Shown here piece by piece: positions 1-13,940 of a stretch of DNA of 64,000 bases. The position numbers and the translations under genes are program-made. This DNA is from Ophelia neglecta. Lineage: Eukaryota. The first letter of the stretch is position 1; each line of letters starts with the position of its first letter. The notes beneath the pieces are model-generated. The model was not told the DNA's origin. It searched no databases and saw only the letters and a list, made by a program, of their open reading frames with translations. Location: the NCBI GenBank assembly GCA_965285935.1, contig OZ260667.1, positions 63,674,001 to 63,738,000 on the forward strand, read 5' to 3'.

Positions 1-748
1 TCTATGTGACCTTATACTGCTATCTGACCTGCATACTTTTATCCAAACCTTACACTAGGAGCCAGTAACCCAAATATCCTGTCTCAATATTCCAAACATT
101 TGGCTGCATACCAACACTTCTGTCCTTAATAAAACTTTCTTTAAACCGAAAGTGTATCTAAAAATATAAATCTGGAAAACCTTGCCGGTAAACTATTTCC
201 CGAGACCGACTGACACCTTGAAGGTCTCAGAAAATATTGGACAGTTAACTCCCTCGGGATAAATTGTTTGGCCTAGTTGTCCAATCAATTTCCATATTTG
301 TATTATCATACATTTATGAAAAAATTTAATTAGCAGTCTCTAGATTTGCCTAAAAACCCTAACACCACTTGGTCAAATCACGTTTACATTGCACAATTTT
401 ATTGGCTTGTTTAAAAGCACAATATAAACTATTATCGTTCATGTCGGAAAAACTGCCGAGTGCAAGCATGTAATGGTCTACAGCCATTCCCACGAGAGCA
501 AAGCACTTGCTATACACTAGTTTCTACAACGTTCCCGGGGCACTAGTTGATACAACTAGTGCAAGCACCAATCTAGCCAAGACTAGTCCACAACACTCTA
601 CCTATCCAATAGCCGGATTTTGTACGGATAAATTATAATGACATATATGAAATGGTTCTGCAAATAACCATCAGTGTTTTAATCATAGATCATTTGTGAC
701 TAAACAAAATAGTAATAAATCAAGAGTAAATATTTTATTGCTTTGCAG

Positions 749-876
749 GTGGTGGAAGGTCGACGGTATGAGGTGGTAGTGACATCTAGCGGACTGTACA
801 GATACCGAACAGGAATCATTATCATGATAACTGGGAGCTGGAATGACTGCCCACTTTATGTCATTTGGAAGAAAAT
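749..876 (+). pseudogene. Exon of a GH3-domain (GHDC-like) gene, probably degenerate
   Basis: After acceptor ttgctttgcag it translates VVEGRRYEVVVTSSGLYRYRTGIIIMITGSWNDCPLY, matching the GH3 motif YELVxTxxxGLYRYRxGDxxxxxGxxNxxP. The conserved GD is GI here, the donor is weak, and no downstream exon was found. Confidence 0.65.
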
Positions 877-979
877 GTGCGCCTTAGTACTGTGGCCAAA
901 TAGTGTATAGTTGTGACAGGTGGTGCTAAGGGAACGTAATTTCGTAATACGTTTACACCAATAAAATCGTTTTTTGGAG

Positions 980-3900
980 CATTTTTTGGAGCATTAATCT
1001 AAGATCAGTGCATTTGAAATGGTTGTTGGAGGCAGGTATCCAATTAGCCTACGTTAAGAAAAAACAACTTTTACATTTAATATCCTTATTTCTGTACTAA
1101 AATGGCTTTCTCGTGTCACAATAAAACCTTTGCATTTTGCAAACAATTATTCTGATTCTTCACCTTTATTGGATACTAGAACCCTGACTACCTTTTAGAA
1201 TTTTTGGTCTTGAAAGAACCGACTGATCAGATTGAGCAAATTTTGTTTCTGAAGCACTACGTAAATGTTAGAACAGTAGAACCAATGGTAACACAAACTC
1301 ATTTGTTTAGATATATTCTATATTATACTCTGATATTAAATTTCTACAGCAAAAATTTAGAGATCTGAAGGACGAAAACCGCAGTTTGACTGTCATTCAA
1401 AGATAATCACACGCAGACGGCGAAGTCAAAAATTTGAGGCAGTCATTGCAGAAGTTAAAGCAGCAGTTTACAAAGAAAAGTTACCACGCTGATTAACAAG
1501 CTAAGCAAATACTTGTCCACAAAAAAGAAATAAACCGACTTGAAAATGTTATCTCAGAACTGCGGGCAGATGAACCCGAATTTACACCCACATCGCGGTT
1601 CAGTTCTTTAGCGTATGTGGATGAGGTGGAAAGCCGAGAACAAAAGCTACTGTGATAAACGCGGCCGGGCTTATGAAGGTAACACCAGCCTGTACCCGCA
1701 CGGCTAAGCTTAATGCTGACAAGCTCCCGCAAAGGAGTCCGGCCAAAACAACCTTCGAGCCAGCTGTGCCTGATCCTTCTGATACTGCTGCATCTTCTGC
1801 CATGTCATCACAAAGCTCAAGTGAGCCATTGGATGCGCCGCTCAGTGATCAACGTGTGTCTACACCAGGCTCAGAATCCCCCTCTCGTATCCAGGCAGCA
1901 GCGACCAATTCAAACTGTCCCCCATCGGCAAAACCTCCCACCACTGTGGTAATTGGTACATCTATGGTCCGTGGTATTGGAAACACTTGTCTGGGGAGTG
2001 TATAGTATATATAAATAAAGGCCGTACGGTACGACAACTTGAGGGAAGTGTCCTGGGCATGTTATATAAAGACCAGCCAAGAACAATTGTACTACAAGCC
2101 GGCACCATTGACATTGAAAAAGATCGTTCGCCAGTCGACATATTTTTTGACTATACCGACTTAGTGGACACAGTACGTCGTGTGTCACCACAGTCCGACA
2201 TCCTCATCTCCGCATTACCTCTGCGTTGCTACAACACACAAAAGAACAACATCAAATCTGTGAATCGGTATCTCAAGGAGTACGCGGCCAAGTGTTCCTA
2301 TGCTAAATTTGCGGACTGCACGCCAGCTGTGATTGAAGGGAACTACCGACGGGACCGACTTCACTACAATAACTACGGCGCCCGTCAATTTGCCCATAAA
2401 CTTAAGAGTTCCCCAGGCTTCGTGCGTGGTAAAAGAGGAAAATTTAAATGTAATCGCCTGGAATATCCAAGGCCTTAGCCAGCACAAACTAGACTTACAC
2501 CATAATTTATTGTTGTCATATGATATTATTGCTCTAAGCGAAAGTTGGTGTAGCCCCGAGAGTGATATTTCACTGCCTGGGTACAAGTTTTATAATTATT
2601 GTGAAACTATAAACATGTGAATGCCCGACGTTGGTCGGGAGGCCAGGCTATTTTCATCAAAACCATTCTGGTTCTACTTATTTCAATGATGTGTCTTAAT
2701 AATGTTTCTTATAGTGACAATTTGGTTTAGTTAAAACTAGATCCTGTTTGGCCCAGAACTTTATATTTTTGCTCTGTTTATATACCCCCAGCGTGCTCCA
2801 CGCATGCTGTACAAAACCAGTATGACACATTTCTTGAAAATTTGGTGGCCGTCCGCCAAAAGCAATTGTACATTTTTGGTGATTTTAATGCTAGGACTAA
2901 TGTTACGTCCGATATTATTACAAACGTTCATGCCTGTGCCCGTGATATAGATGATCACGATTTACATTGGTACGCAGAGAATGTGTACGATAGTATGTTA
3001 CCCCCACGTAAGTCACAGGACAAGGCCGCTATAAATGAGCATGGACACAATTTATTATTCTTTGTAAATCAGCTGGTCTGATAATAGCTAATGGTAGATC
3101 TAGTCAAGACAAAGACGGCCGATTTACCCGTGTTGATACAACGGGAAACAGTGTCGTGGACTATTTGTTTATAAAGAAAGCTTGTCATGATCCAGATTTC
3201 TGTTCATTTAATGTTGGAAAGTCTATCCCCGAATCAGATCATCGGCCATTGTATTTTATTGTAAAAACAGCCGGCAGCTTCGATCGTATTTAGGCACTTG
3301 GTGAGACCGAGTGTAGTAAATGGACAACTGTGTGACCGAGTGTAGTAAATAGACTACTGTGGACAAATATAAAACAAACGGTTGTCCGGGGTTAATGTTG
3401 CTCTTTTCTTCTCATTTAGAGGAACGGCTAAACAGCTGTTATGATTGTATTTTAGAACTTTGTCACCCAGAGGAAGTAACTGAAACTCTAATTGAGTGTA
3501 TCATAGATTCTGTTGATTGTTGCTTCTCCAAGATAAACAAGAGGAGAATAAGGCCTAATAAAAAAACCCTGGTTTGATAGCGAGCTCCGCGCCGCGCGCA
3601 GTCGCGCATGCAGCGCCGGCCTCAGTGATGATCTAAGCACTATAGCTCAGCATACAACCATTTATCGTTCCTTGAAACAGCGCAAGAAACGAGAATACAA
3701 ACTGAAAAATTTAAGTGAACTGTGCAATTTATACAAATTAGACAGGTGCATTATATATCGAAAATTAAAAACATTTTCTGGTAAATCAGATCTCATTGTT
3801 CCCAATGGCGAGCAATTTTATTAATATTTTCAGAGTTTAGCAATAGCTACTCCAGCCCCATATTTCAACAGGTCACTTGAGAAAGAAGCAATCTATTTTT

Positions 3901-6080
3901 TAAAGCGCTACGATGACGGATCACTAGATTACCTGTATAGTAATAAGCTTGAATTGGAAGTTTTGAACTCTATGTTTACTGATGATGAAATATCATCAGC
4001 CAACCTTAAGCCAAATAAAGCGACAGGTTACGACTCTATACCCGCAGAGTGGCTGAAGGGCGCTAAGTTTATACCAAGCTTGAGGTGCTTGTTTAATTAT
4101 ATTATCCATCACAAATACTTTCAAGAATGTTTTGGATAAGGCGTGCGTGTTCCCGTGCCAAAGGCGGGTGATAGGTCTATTGTCACGAATTACAGGCCGA
4201 TCACTATCCTGCCGACAATTGAGAAAATATTTGAAATTATTGTTAGTCGCTGATTAAGGTTTATAATAGAGGCATACAATCGTACAGTTATCTATAATGG
4301 TGGTTTTCTAAAGGACTCCCAGACATCTGACAATAAGTTTATCTTAATGGGGCTAATTCAGAAATAACTATCTCTAGGTAGAAAACTATATGTATGTTTT
4401 GTATACTTTTCTAAAGCTTTTGACCTCATAAACAGGCATATTCTTTTTATAAATTAATTGAATCGGGATTTCATGGTGAAGTCATCGATACTCTACGTGT
4501 TTTGTATTCTAAAACAAATTTCAGGGTAAAAGGTTCCAACGGCATCAGCGATTTAGTTGAAAATTTGATTGGTGTGAACCAGGGTGGGAATATCAGTACA
4601 GACCTATTTCGAAGATATTTGGCTGATATGGGTAAATATTTCGTAGACGAGCACGGTATCGTGTTGGATGATAATGTGATCCTGCTGCACCTGCTGTGGA
4701 CGGACGACCTCATTTTTTATCAGACTCCTTAAAAGGCATGCAGTCCCAGGTGGACGGTTTATATTCTTTCTGTTCTGACAATCTCATGATTGTGAATGAA
4801 GTCAAAACTAAATATATGATATTTGGTAGGCAATATAAGGCAGATGGGTCTACTGAGATAACCTTTGGTGAAGAAATAATCGAGAGAGTCTCACAGTATA
4901 AATACCTCGGCAATCTCTTTCACGAGACACTGTCTGTAGCTGGCGATATATTTAAAACCAGTTACCAATATTTAACAGACAAGGTTCTTAAAGCAACTTT
5001 TGCAACAAGAGAGTGTACAAAGGCGGTTGGTAAATTACCACTTGTCATCTCTATCTCTGTTTATAATTGATGTGTTAAGCCAATATTACTATACGGTTGT
5101 GAGCTATGGGGTTTCCGTTGACTTGGTGGAGAACACGCATTTACAGTTTCTTAACCAAGAGTTGTCTGTCAAACAGTCAACTAATACCCTGGCAGTGTAC
5201 GGTAAATGTGGGGCTTTCCCACTTCATTTAGATATGTTTATTCCGGTTCTATTCTAGGCTGCTGACTATGCCAAAGCACAAAATAGCCTCGAAAGTCTTT
5301 GACATGCTTAGTGTTCTCAATTCATGTGGTTATAGGACATGGATAACTGATGTAACGCGTATATTTAACATGTTTAATGTCGATCTACAGTGTATACATG
5401 TCGGGAATACCCGTTCAAGAGTTGATGGTTTTAAACGGCACTTACAATCTCATTATGTCAATGTATGGCTCTCTTCAATTAGCTCTCTAATTGACCAACC
5501 TAAGCTTAGAACGTATAATTTATTTAAGTCTTCTTTCGAACTCGAATTGTACACCAGTTGTATCACTCACTGATTGCAAGTTACGCAATATATTGTCAAG
5601 GTTTAGACTGAGTAGCCACGACTTGGAAATTGAAAAGGGTCGCTATAATAAACCAAAAACGCCTCCTGAACTTCGAATATGTCGTCTATGCCGATTGGGT
5701 ATTGAGGACGAAAAACACTTTCTTTTAAAATGTGTAAAACTAGATAACGTGAGACAGACTTTTCTTTCAATAATACATACTGTAATGCCAAATTTAAATA
5801 TCTTTGAGGATGAACAACGTTTGGTTGCCATTCTTTCATCTAAGGAAAAATATGTTATAACAACCCTTTCTAAAATGCTATGTGCAATGTTTGAGGAGAG
5901 GGAGCGTATGTTAAATATAAATCATCGTAGTTGATTAATTTGAGTATGTACTCATTTTTATATAAATGAAGATGTGCGTATTGTATTTATCTATATTTTA
6001 TTTATGTACATATTTTTACAATGTTGTATATACAAGTCAGCAATGACTTTTTAAACCTGAATAAACTAAAAAAAACTATA
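980..6080 (+). mobile_element. Decayed near full-length non-LTR retrotransposon (RTEX-like; esterase ORF1, APE-RT-CCHC ORF2)
   Basis: ORF1 remnants carry SGNH esterase blocks (VVIGTSMVR, LQAGTID, DRLHYN). ORF2 remnants show endonuclease (AWNIQGL, ALSESW, GDFNART, SDHRPL), RT (YRPITILP, FSKAFD, GVNQGG, LLWTDDL) and C-terminal RLSSHDLEIEKGRY..CRLC..EDEKHFLLKC. AATAAA and an A-rich tail lie at ~6060-6076. Many stops and frameshifts; 5' end approximate; clade is inferred. Confidence 0.9.
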
Positions 6081-6959
6081 AAACATATAGCACTTTCATT
6101 TTGTAATAGCTTGATCATCAGTTTTAGTCAATAAAACTAGGTATACTTTTATTTCAAAGTTTTTCTATTATAATTATTAATCTTACATTTAAAAGTTTGG
6201 TATCATCAAGTTTGTTTCTATTGCTAATCGCCACTGGTATTAATGTTTGGGGCACATTTATCATTTATTAAGATTCCTTGGCGGTGAAACACTTTGTGAG
6301 GGGTGTTAAAAGAAAATGGATATAATTTAAATATGGGTTATGAAATTTAATTTTAAAAAAGGATCTTAGAGAACTGTTTTCCTAATATGAGGATATTATA
6401 TTATTGAGCTCAAAGCAAAAAGTTATATTTTTGAACAGCGTTTGCTTTTGCGTACCAAGGAAAGAAAAATACAAGTAGATTTTGGATTTAAGGAAACCGC
6501 GTAAGATTCTTTCAGTACTTTTCTTCTTTAGAATGGATGCAGGAACCTTTTACATCATTTTGATATTGTATTTATTGACACAGTTTCATCTGTACCTTCA
6601 TAAGAGAGAGAGCTCCTATATTTCATTTCTGTCTCAAGTTGACCACCGACTCGTTTTTATTTTGTGCTCGGACTCGCATCATGTAAAACTGTGGACTACT
6701 TTTTATTGCAAGTTATGTAAATTTCGTATTTTAATTTCATTAAAAGTTTTTTTTTACTGTTGGGAAACTTGGGATTGATATTTGCGGGCCTGCAGTTGGT
6801 GTATCCTGTTGATTTCACAGTTCAAACACCTGCTCTCATTGACCAATGTAGTACTTAAAGATTTAAAGAGCAGGCCTGTGAAGCCTCCCCATTCGCCAAG
6901 GGACTTCCACATTTTGGTCACATGCTCGTTAGGCTAACTCCACAAGTGGCCATTACACT

Positions 6960-7780
6960 GCAGGGAAGCACCTTGTAGATGGATACCTTGCATGTAGACG
7001 TTCCGTAGGTAGGCACTGTGTGGGTACACCCTGTAGGTAGATACCCTGTAGGTAGACACCATGCATGTAGAAGCCCTGTACATACACAACCTGTACGTTG
7101 ATACCCTGTTGGTAAAAGACCCCTGTAATTAGACATTCTCTATGTAGACACTCTGTAGGTTACTAATATACTAAGGCACCATACGGCTAGACACCCTGTA
7201 CGTAGACAACAGCTGTAGGTAGATACCCTGTATGTAAATACCCTGTAGGGTGACTCTCTGTAGTAAGACACCCTGAAGGTTGACACACTGTGGTTAGCTA
7301 CCCTGCAGGTCTGTAGGTTGACACCCTGTAGGTACACACCATGTAGGTAGACCCCCTGTAGGTAGGTACATGCTCTGTAGGTAGATAGACCAACCAGTAG
7401 GTAGACACCCTGAAATAGACGCTCCGTAGAAACTCGCCCTTTAGGTAGATTCCCTGTTGGTAGGTAGATATCATTTTAAAAGGAAAAACACATTGTAGGT
7501 AGACACCCTCTAGGTAGAAACTCTTTAGGCTGACATCCTAAAGGTAGGCACCCTATGCGTAGATAGACACTATAGGTAGACAGCCTGTGCGTAGATAGAC
7601 AGTGTAGGTAGACAGCCTGTGCGTAGATAGACAGTGTAGGTAAACACCCTATGCGTAAAAATACACTGTAGGTCGACACGCTGTGCGTAGATAGACACTG
7701 TAGGTAGACAGCCTGTGCGTAGATAGACACTGTAGGTATAGGTAAACACTTGGCGCATAGATAGACACTGTAGGTAGACA
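6960..7780. repeat. Minisatellite, ~15 bp unit (ctgtaggtagacacc) grading into a ~32 bp dimer
   Basis: Dozens of degenerate gtaggtagacaccct copies; the right part repeats ctgtgcgtagatagacagtgtaggtagacagc. Confidence 0.9.
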
Positions 7781-10700
7781 ATTATAGCTAATAATATAGT
7801 AAAATAGTGAATTTTTATCAGTCTAGCTGGACTAATCAAGATGACGTCGTTCTCCTGCACATTAATGAAAAGTGATTCTTATAACAAGTTTTGTCGACGG
7901 CGACAGGAATCATTCCAATTTAGTGATCAATAACAGGCCGTTTCTTATAGCTCCGACAGGATGTTAGGATTCAAAGACGGGGTGTAATATTTTAATGGCC
8001 CTTCAATCTAAGGTCCCCCGAATCCGCAACCCTAGACTCCTTAAAGGAATATTGCTGTATGTTTAATGTGATTTAGCCCAGCCAGGCCCTTTCATCTCTA
8101 TTGGATACATAATAGAACTCCCACGTTATACACCCCCTAACACTATGTGTGCACATTCCTTAAGTTACACAGCTATTTAGAAGACTATGCTAAGCCTCGT
8201 GCTATTCTGAAACTCATCTCTATCTTGAACAAATATTGCATTTCAACAAAATCAGCAACTTTAAAATAACTTTGCATAATGTATTGACTTTATCGGTCCC
8301 GCCAGACAAACGGTAAACACTACAGACGAGCAGACGAGATCATTTTACTTGATTGTATCCGCCGATTTATCTTCTTTTGAATGAGCGTGGGAAATGCAAA
8401 TAACGAGAAACTTGTTAATATGAAGCCTCACATTTCAAGGCCACTACTTTCAATTCCATTTTTTTCCCCTCAACAATTTATAAGATTCACCTTGCCTTGC
8501 ACATCTTGAAGTTCTTTCATCGACGTATAAAGAGTATTGAATTTATCCGCGCATGCCAGAGAGAACTACATACTCTATAGGTTAACAGCGTGGGGGGGGG
8601 GGGGGGGGTCTTCTGACCCTTGGATCTGCCTATTTAATTGACGATGATATCGGATGTTAAGGTTTATTTATCAGTTACTTGGGATTACCCACTTGTCCTT
8701 CATTGAGACAAGCGATTTCTCAATTCGGTCAACATCTAAAGTCCCAGTTTTAGATGTTCTAAATTAATTTATCGGATTTCAGAAAATAGCTTGTTCCTTA
8801 TTTCACGATAAATCCAGAGATGTCCGTGATATGGATATTTTCAAATTTGGAACTGGCGCCCCACTAACCATCTCCCCAAAATATCCGTCTCCGCCCCACC
8901 ACGTTTATTTGCGTTTATGTTACGTATGACTGAATTTCAATGCATTAGTTTTCACTGAATGTTGTTCTTCTTTCACATGTTGACATTAATGCGAGCTCCC
9001 CTCGCGAGGCTTTGCCCATCACATATTGTGCATAAATTCACACCAAGGGATGAAACACTGCGGAGGAACGATTTTGCTTCGCATAACATCGGGTACCTCA
9101 TAAAATGGACGCCAAAAAGGTAATTTTATCGTTATCGTTTAGACTCTTTACCATAATATCATAAAGCAGATGATAGTGCATGTATTCAATGTTCCAAAGT
9201 CGATTTCAATGCAGAAGCTATCTACGTCAGTGAATTTCTTGCTACATATATGATTTATGTGTGTCTCGATCAGAGGCAAAACCTGCTTAGGTTAAAAGTA
9301 ATCGGTTATGTGTGTATGGAATACATGAATCATAAATGTATACAGCCATAAATGCGTACTTTCAGGGGACATGGGGGGGGGGCACTCAAGGGACGCTAGA
9401 CCCTGTCGACATTGGATAGGCACAGGGGGAAGCATAGCTAAATGAAAACCAAATGAATGGTAGGCCCTATAAGACATATGGAGAGAAAATGATTTCTGAA
9501 GTGATTAATACGAATGGAAAAAGTAACTCGGCTCATTGAAAAATATAAATCCAATCCGCCTGTTATCTATAGTTTGGATTTCGGATTTGGGACGTCATTG
9601 ACTAGATGGGATTGCTAGAATGAAAACTTTTCCAAGTGCCACTTCTCCGCGTTCCCTTAATGATCCACGTACAAATATCTATATAACAATCACAGTAAAA
9701 ACTTTTCTGATTAAATGTCATTCTATTTCCGAATATGAAACAACAATCATTACAACATTGAACAGCGGAGTAATTGCCAAATCTAGATATCTAGGTTAAA
9801 TGACCATTTTTCACAGCCAAAACTCGTTTTATAATAAGCAATCAACACAAATACCGACTGCACGTGATGACATTATTTACCTTTAATGAACAATGACTTG
9901 TTCATCGTGCTTGCAGCTGCAAATAAGCAACTAAATGCAACGATCCCAGGGAACATCGGGCTTTTTCGTGTAAGGTTATCCTAACTTGTAAATGCTTTGT
10001 AGATAATAAGCATAAGGTAAGCGCATGGGCAATTTCCTATATGCTCATATCGGGCCCTTACAAAACATTTACACATAACACAAGCGTGTCAATTTGTTTT
10101 AATTCAAGGATTGTTAAAGAGAAAGGCAGCAGAGGGGGTAAGGGGGGGGGGGCTATGCCGCGTCCGCCCCTTGCGCCCGCCCTGCCGCCTAGGTACACCA
10201 TTAACAAACTGGAACCACCACAGAAACAAATAACTTTTCAAATCAAAATTCTAGGTAAATACTCTTCTCATTCTTGTCATTTATAGATAAAATGAAAGAG
10301 GCAAATCATAAGATGCGAAGATTATCTTAAATCATATTAACAGGGGGAGTACTCTAATTTTTATTTGGGTCCACATAAAAGTTACACAATTGAATTGAAA
10401 TGCATACGAGCTAGGGTGTACATAATATTGAATAAAAATCGTAGACGTAGGCTAACCGTAATAAATAAAATGATTGATTCGTGAGAGTAGATAAGCCTAA
10501 TAGAAAGTTTTAAAAAGAATAATATTATTATGCTATGTGCTTAGATACGATTTGCGGTTTTTTTTATGTTACCTGCGGCCTCTACATCACAGGGAGTCAA
10601 TAATTATATCAGAATCCGAGGAACATGTAGACAAAACTCTTCCAAAATAGAAGCATTTATGAAAGTATCAGCCCTGCTACAAGTAAAATTAAGCCATTTT

Positions 10701-12122
10701 CGTCACGTCGCTTTTTACATACAAACCCACCGATATGCGGCAGTAAGGCCCCACACAAATATAAATAAATATATATCGGGCTTTTTAAATATAAAACGTG
10801 CTTTACTCGTTGCACTTTATTCAGTCCGCCGTGAAGAAGCGATAAGATTTTATTTTCCGAAGTCGGCCCAAAACCATAAGCTGACTAGAAATTGTATCTA
10901 TAATTATGGTTTATGTGTGTTTGCGTATGTGTGACGTTAAGTCATGGCCGTGTGTAGATTCACTATTCAATACAACACAGTGATTAATGAAAACATGGGA
11001 GGTCTAGTGATATAAAATCAATAACGACAAAATCGATTTAAATAGCAAACAGTCTTATCATGTTAAGAAATCTCGAGTGTATATTCAATGGCTTTTTAGT
11101 GTCAGTCTGTCGAGCGTTATTAAGTAGAGAAGGATTAAGGGGACGCGATTCGGTGGCAAGTTTACTTTTAAGGATCATGTTTCAGCCAGCGCAATATTGA
11201 ATAAATGTGTTCTGTCTCGCTTACTATGCTCGGGAAATGCCTTGTATAAGTTTGAACTTTAATGGTCACGGAAGAAGCTTTGCTATATAGGGTAGAGTCG
11301 GGTTATTGTGCCCTTCATCTAATTGCGTGCAGAATGTGCCGACGATACGACACTTTACGTTATTCCGTGGAATAAGCCTACTCTCTGCCAGGAATAAACC
11401 AAAGCGCAAAATTATGAATTTGTCCAACGTTCCCCGACGTTTCCCGACAATCCCCGACATTCCCCGACGTTACCCTATATCCTCACCTTGTTCATAAGTC
11501 AGGGACAGTTAATTTGTTTGCCCAATGGCCTCAAATAAAATGTTTCCTGTGTGTTGGGGGGGGGGGGGGGAGGGTGACACCGAAGCTAGGACCTACCGTC
11601 TCTCGCATCTCCGTGGGGGGGGGGGGGAGAGAGACAGAAAGGGGACGACACGCCAACACTTTTTCTTACCTTGAAATTGGGGACTATTTCTGCCCAGTTT
11701 CTTAAAACAAATGTTAGACTCCCCCATATTTCAAATGAACCGGTATGTCGGAACTCAGAATTGCCCATCGCTTCCCACCATTACTAATAATGGGTCATTA
11801 TATGATGGCAGTTGTTTTGTTTTAAATTTGCGTCATATATCAAATATTAATATTATGTCTCCTGCTCCATTTCTAATGTCAGATGAAATCTTAAATTATT
11901 TCTTATAGCCAGAAAATATGCCAATAAAAAGTTAGTAGTAGTAAACTCTACAAAATATTTTCGACACAAAAAAAGGAAATTTTCAACTACTTCAGAGAAT
12001 TCTTTCTATTGCCACATTCTGACCTGACTTCGGTGCATTATCCTGTCCCTTAGAGTATTTTTTTCTTGAAAAGAAGATTTTAGAAAACGATGCTCATCAT
12101 ATATTTTACAAAAATACAAATG

Positions 12123-12301
12123 CAGAAACCTGTTTTGAAGACCACCTCAATATTCAGACCACCTGCCAATTCAGACCAGAAATATTAAGACCATACAGTA
12201 CACACACAATGCAATGCAAACTAACTTTCGATAACAGACCACCTCAATAACCAGACCAGTATTATTCGGTCCTCGGTAGTGATAATTCACAGGTTCCAGT
12301 G
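12123..12301. mobile_element. Degenerate Tc1/mariner-type MITE
   Basis: cagaaacctg...aagaccacct...cagaccacctg...aattcacaggttccagtg; same internal motifs as the copies at 46.6-48.8 kb and 56.5-57.2 kb. Confidence 0.7.
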
Positions 12302-12534
12302 TAGTGTGACCTTACTCAATTTAATCAGAGCTACATGATTATACACTGGGGGAAACAAACCGGGCTCAATTTTAGAGTTTTAGCTTAGAGTAATGTGGAG
12401 TGTAGATTTGGCCAAACAAAATCTCTCAACAGTCAGGTTTGCCTAGTGAGACATTTTCGATTTTCGGTAACAAATTAGGCAAATTCTTTGATGCTAGAAT
12501 ACTTTGTTTGAGATACAATTCAAATAAACCTGAT

Positions 12535-12549
12535 CTCTCTCGCTCTCTT

Positions 12550-12587
<38 letters not shown>
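12535..12587. repeat. (CT)n microsatellite
   Basis: Visible CT dinucleotide run. Confidence 0.9.
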
Positions 12588-12590
<3 letters not shown>

Positions 12591-13384
12591 TTATTGTGCG
12601 AATCGTCTAATTGCGCCCAGATAGTAGCCTCATTTTGCTCGCAATGTGCAGAAACCACTTCCTTGTGGCCTGTAAATATCTCTATCGCTATTTTTATATT
12701 TTGTATTATTGTAAATAATGGTTGAGCATAAACAATATGTGTTGACAAGCTCCCTTAGCTACTGCGCATTGTTATTTTGTACTTTATAGGTAATTTGTAT
12801 ACATGTACATGTAGCCAAGTAGCGGCTGTTAACATACTTTGAATTGAATTGAATTGAATTAAAGGCTGGAATATGTCTCTCCTCCGGTGGTGTGTGTGTA
12901 TGAGTGGGGAGGGGGGGAGGGGGTGTTCCACCACATCTTCTCCGGAAATGAGGGACGGAGGATTTAGGACCCACCCTCCGGGAACTGTGTAACTGGGGGA
13001 GGGGACACTATGGTCTCCCTGTCTGTCTTCAAAGAGAGGGGAGGGAGGGACGCTTAGGTTAGAAACTACCGTCTATTAACTAGAGGACGGGGACACATGA
13101 CCTGGTATCATTCTTATAAGTTTAATTATAAGGATTATATCTCATACCTAAGGATTACACATTTAGAATGCAGTCGACACTGGGAGAAAATTAAAAATTG
13201 GCTGCATTTAATCAGAAAAGCTTAGTTTTAATTATAAAGATATTTTTCTTAAAAACATGACAGAGCATATTTAGAAATGTAAGTGCATTAAGTGCGTGGA
13301 CGTCTAGCGACAAAATCAATAATGAAAACTTTATCAGAATAATAAACAGATATCTGGGGGACGCGAAGATATGACCGGCCATCT

Positions 13385-13940
13385 CTTCTCCGGGGGAAGG
13401 GAACTAGGAGGTTGTAACTCACCCTTTCTCTACTGGTGACGGGGACTAGTAGGTAAGCATACACCCTATCTCTACCGGGGAGGGGACTAGGAGGTAAGAA
13501 TACACCCTATCTCTACCGGGGACGGGGACTAGGAGGAAAGAATACATCCTATCTCTACCCGGGAGGGGGACTGGGAGGTAAGAATACACTCTATCTCTAC
13601 CGGGGAGGGGACTAGGAGGTAAGAATACACTCTATCTCTACCGGGGAGGGGGACTAGGAGGTTAGACCCCACCCTATTTCTACCGGGGAGAGGGCTAGGA
13701 GGGAAGAATACACCCTATCTCTACCGGGGAGGCGCACTAGGAGGTTAGACCCTACCCTATCTCTACCGGGGAGGGGGACTAGTAGGTAAGAATACACCCT
13801 ATCTCTACCGGGGAGGGGGACTAGGAGGTAAGAATACACCCTATCCCTACCGGGGAGGGGGACTAGGAGGTAAGAATACACCCTTTCTCTACCGGGGAGG
13901 GGGACTAGTAGGCAAGAATACACTCTATCTCTACCGAGGA
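13385..13940. repeat. G-rich minisatellite, 41-42 bp unit, ~13 copies
   Basis: Unit ccggggagggggactaggaggtaagaatacaccctatctcta; it explains the 14-aa repeat in ORF 13654..14151. Confidence 0.95.

Noticed and set aside
2430-2478. ORF1/ORF2 overlap suggesting programmed frameshifting
   Set aside because: The element has many random frameshifts, so one copy cannot show this.
6918-7860. Several Cys/Tyr/Thr-rich repetitive ORFs
   Set aside because: Artefacts of the 15/32-bp minisatellite.
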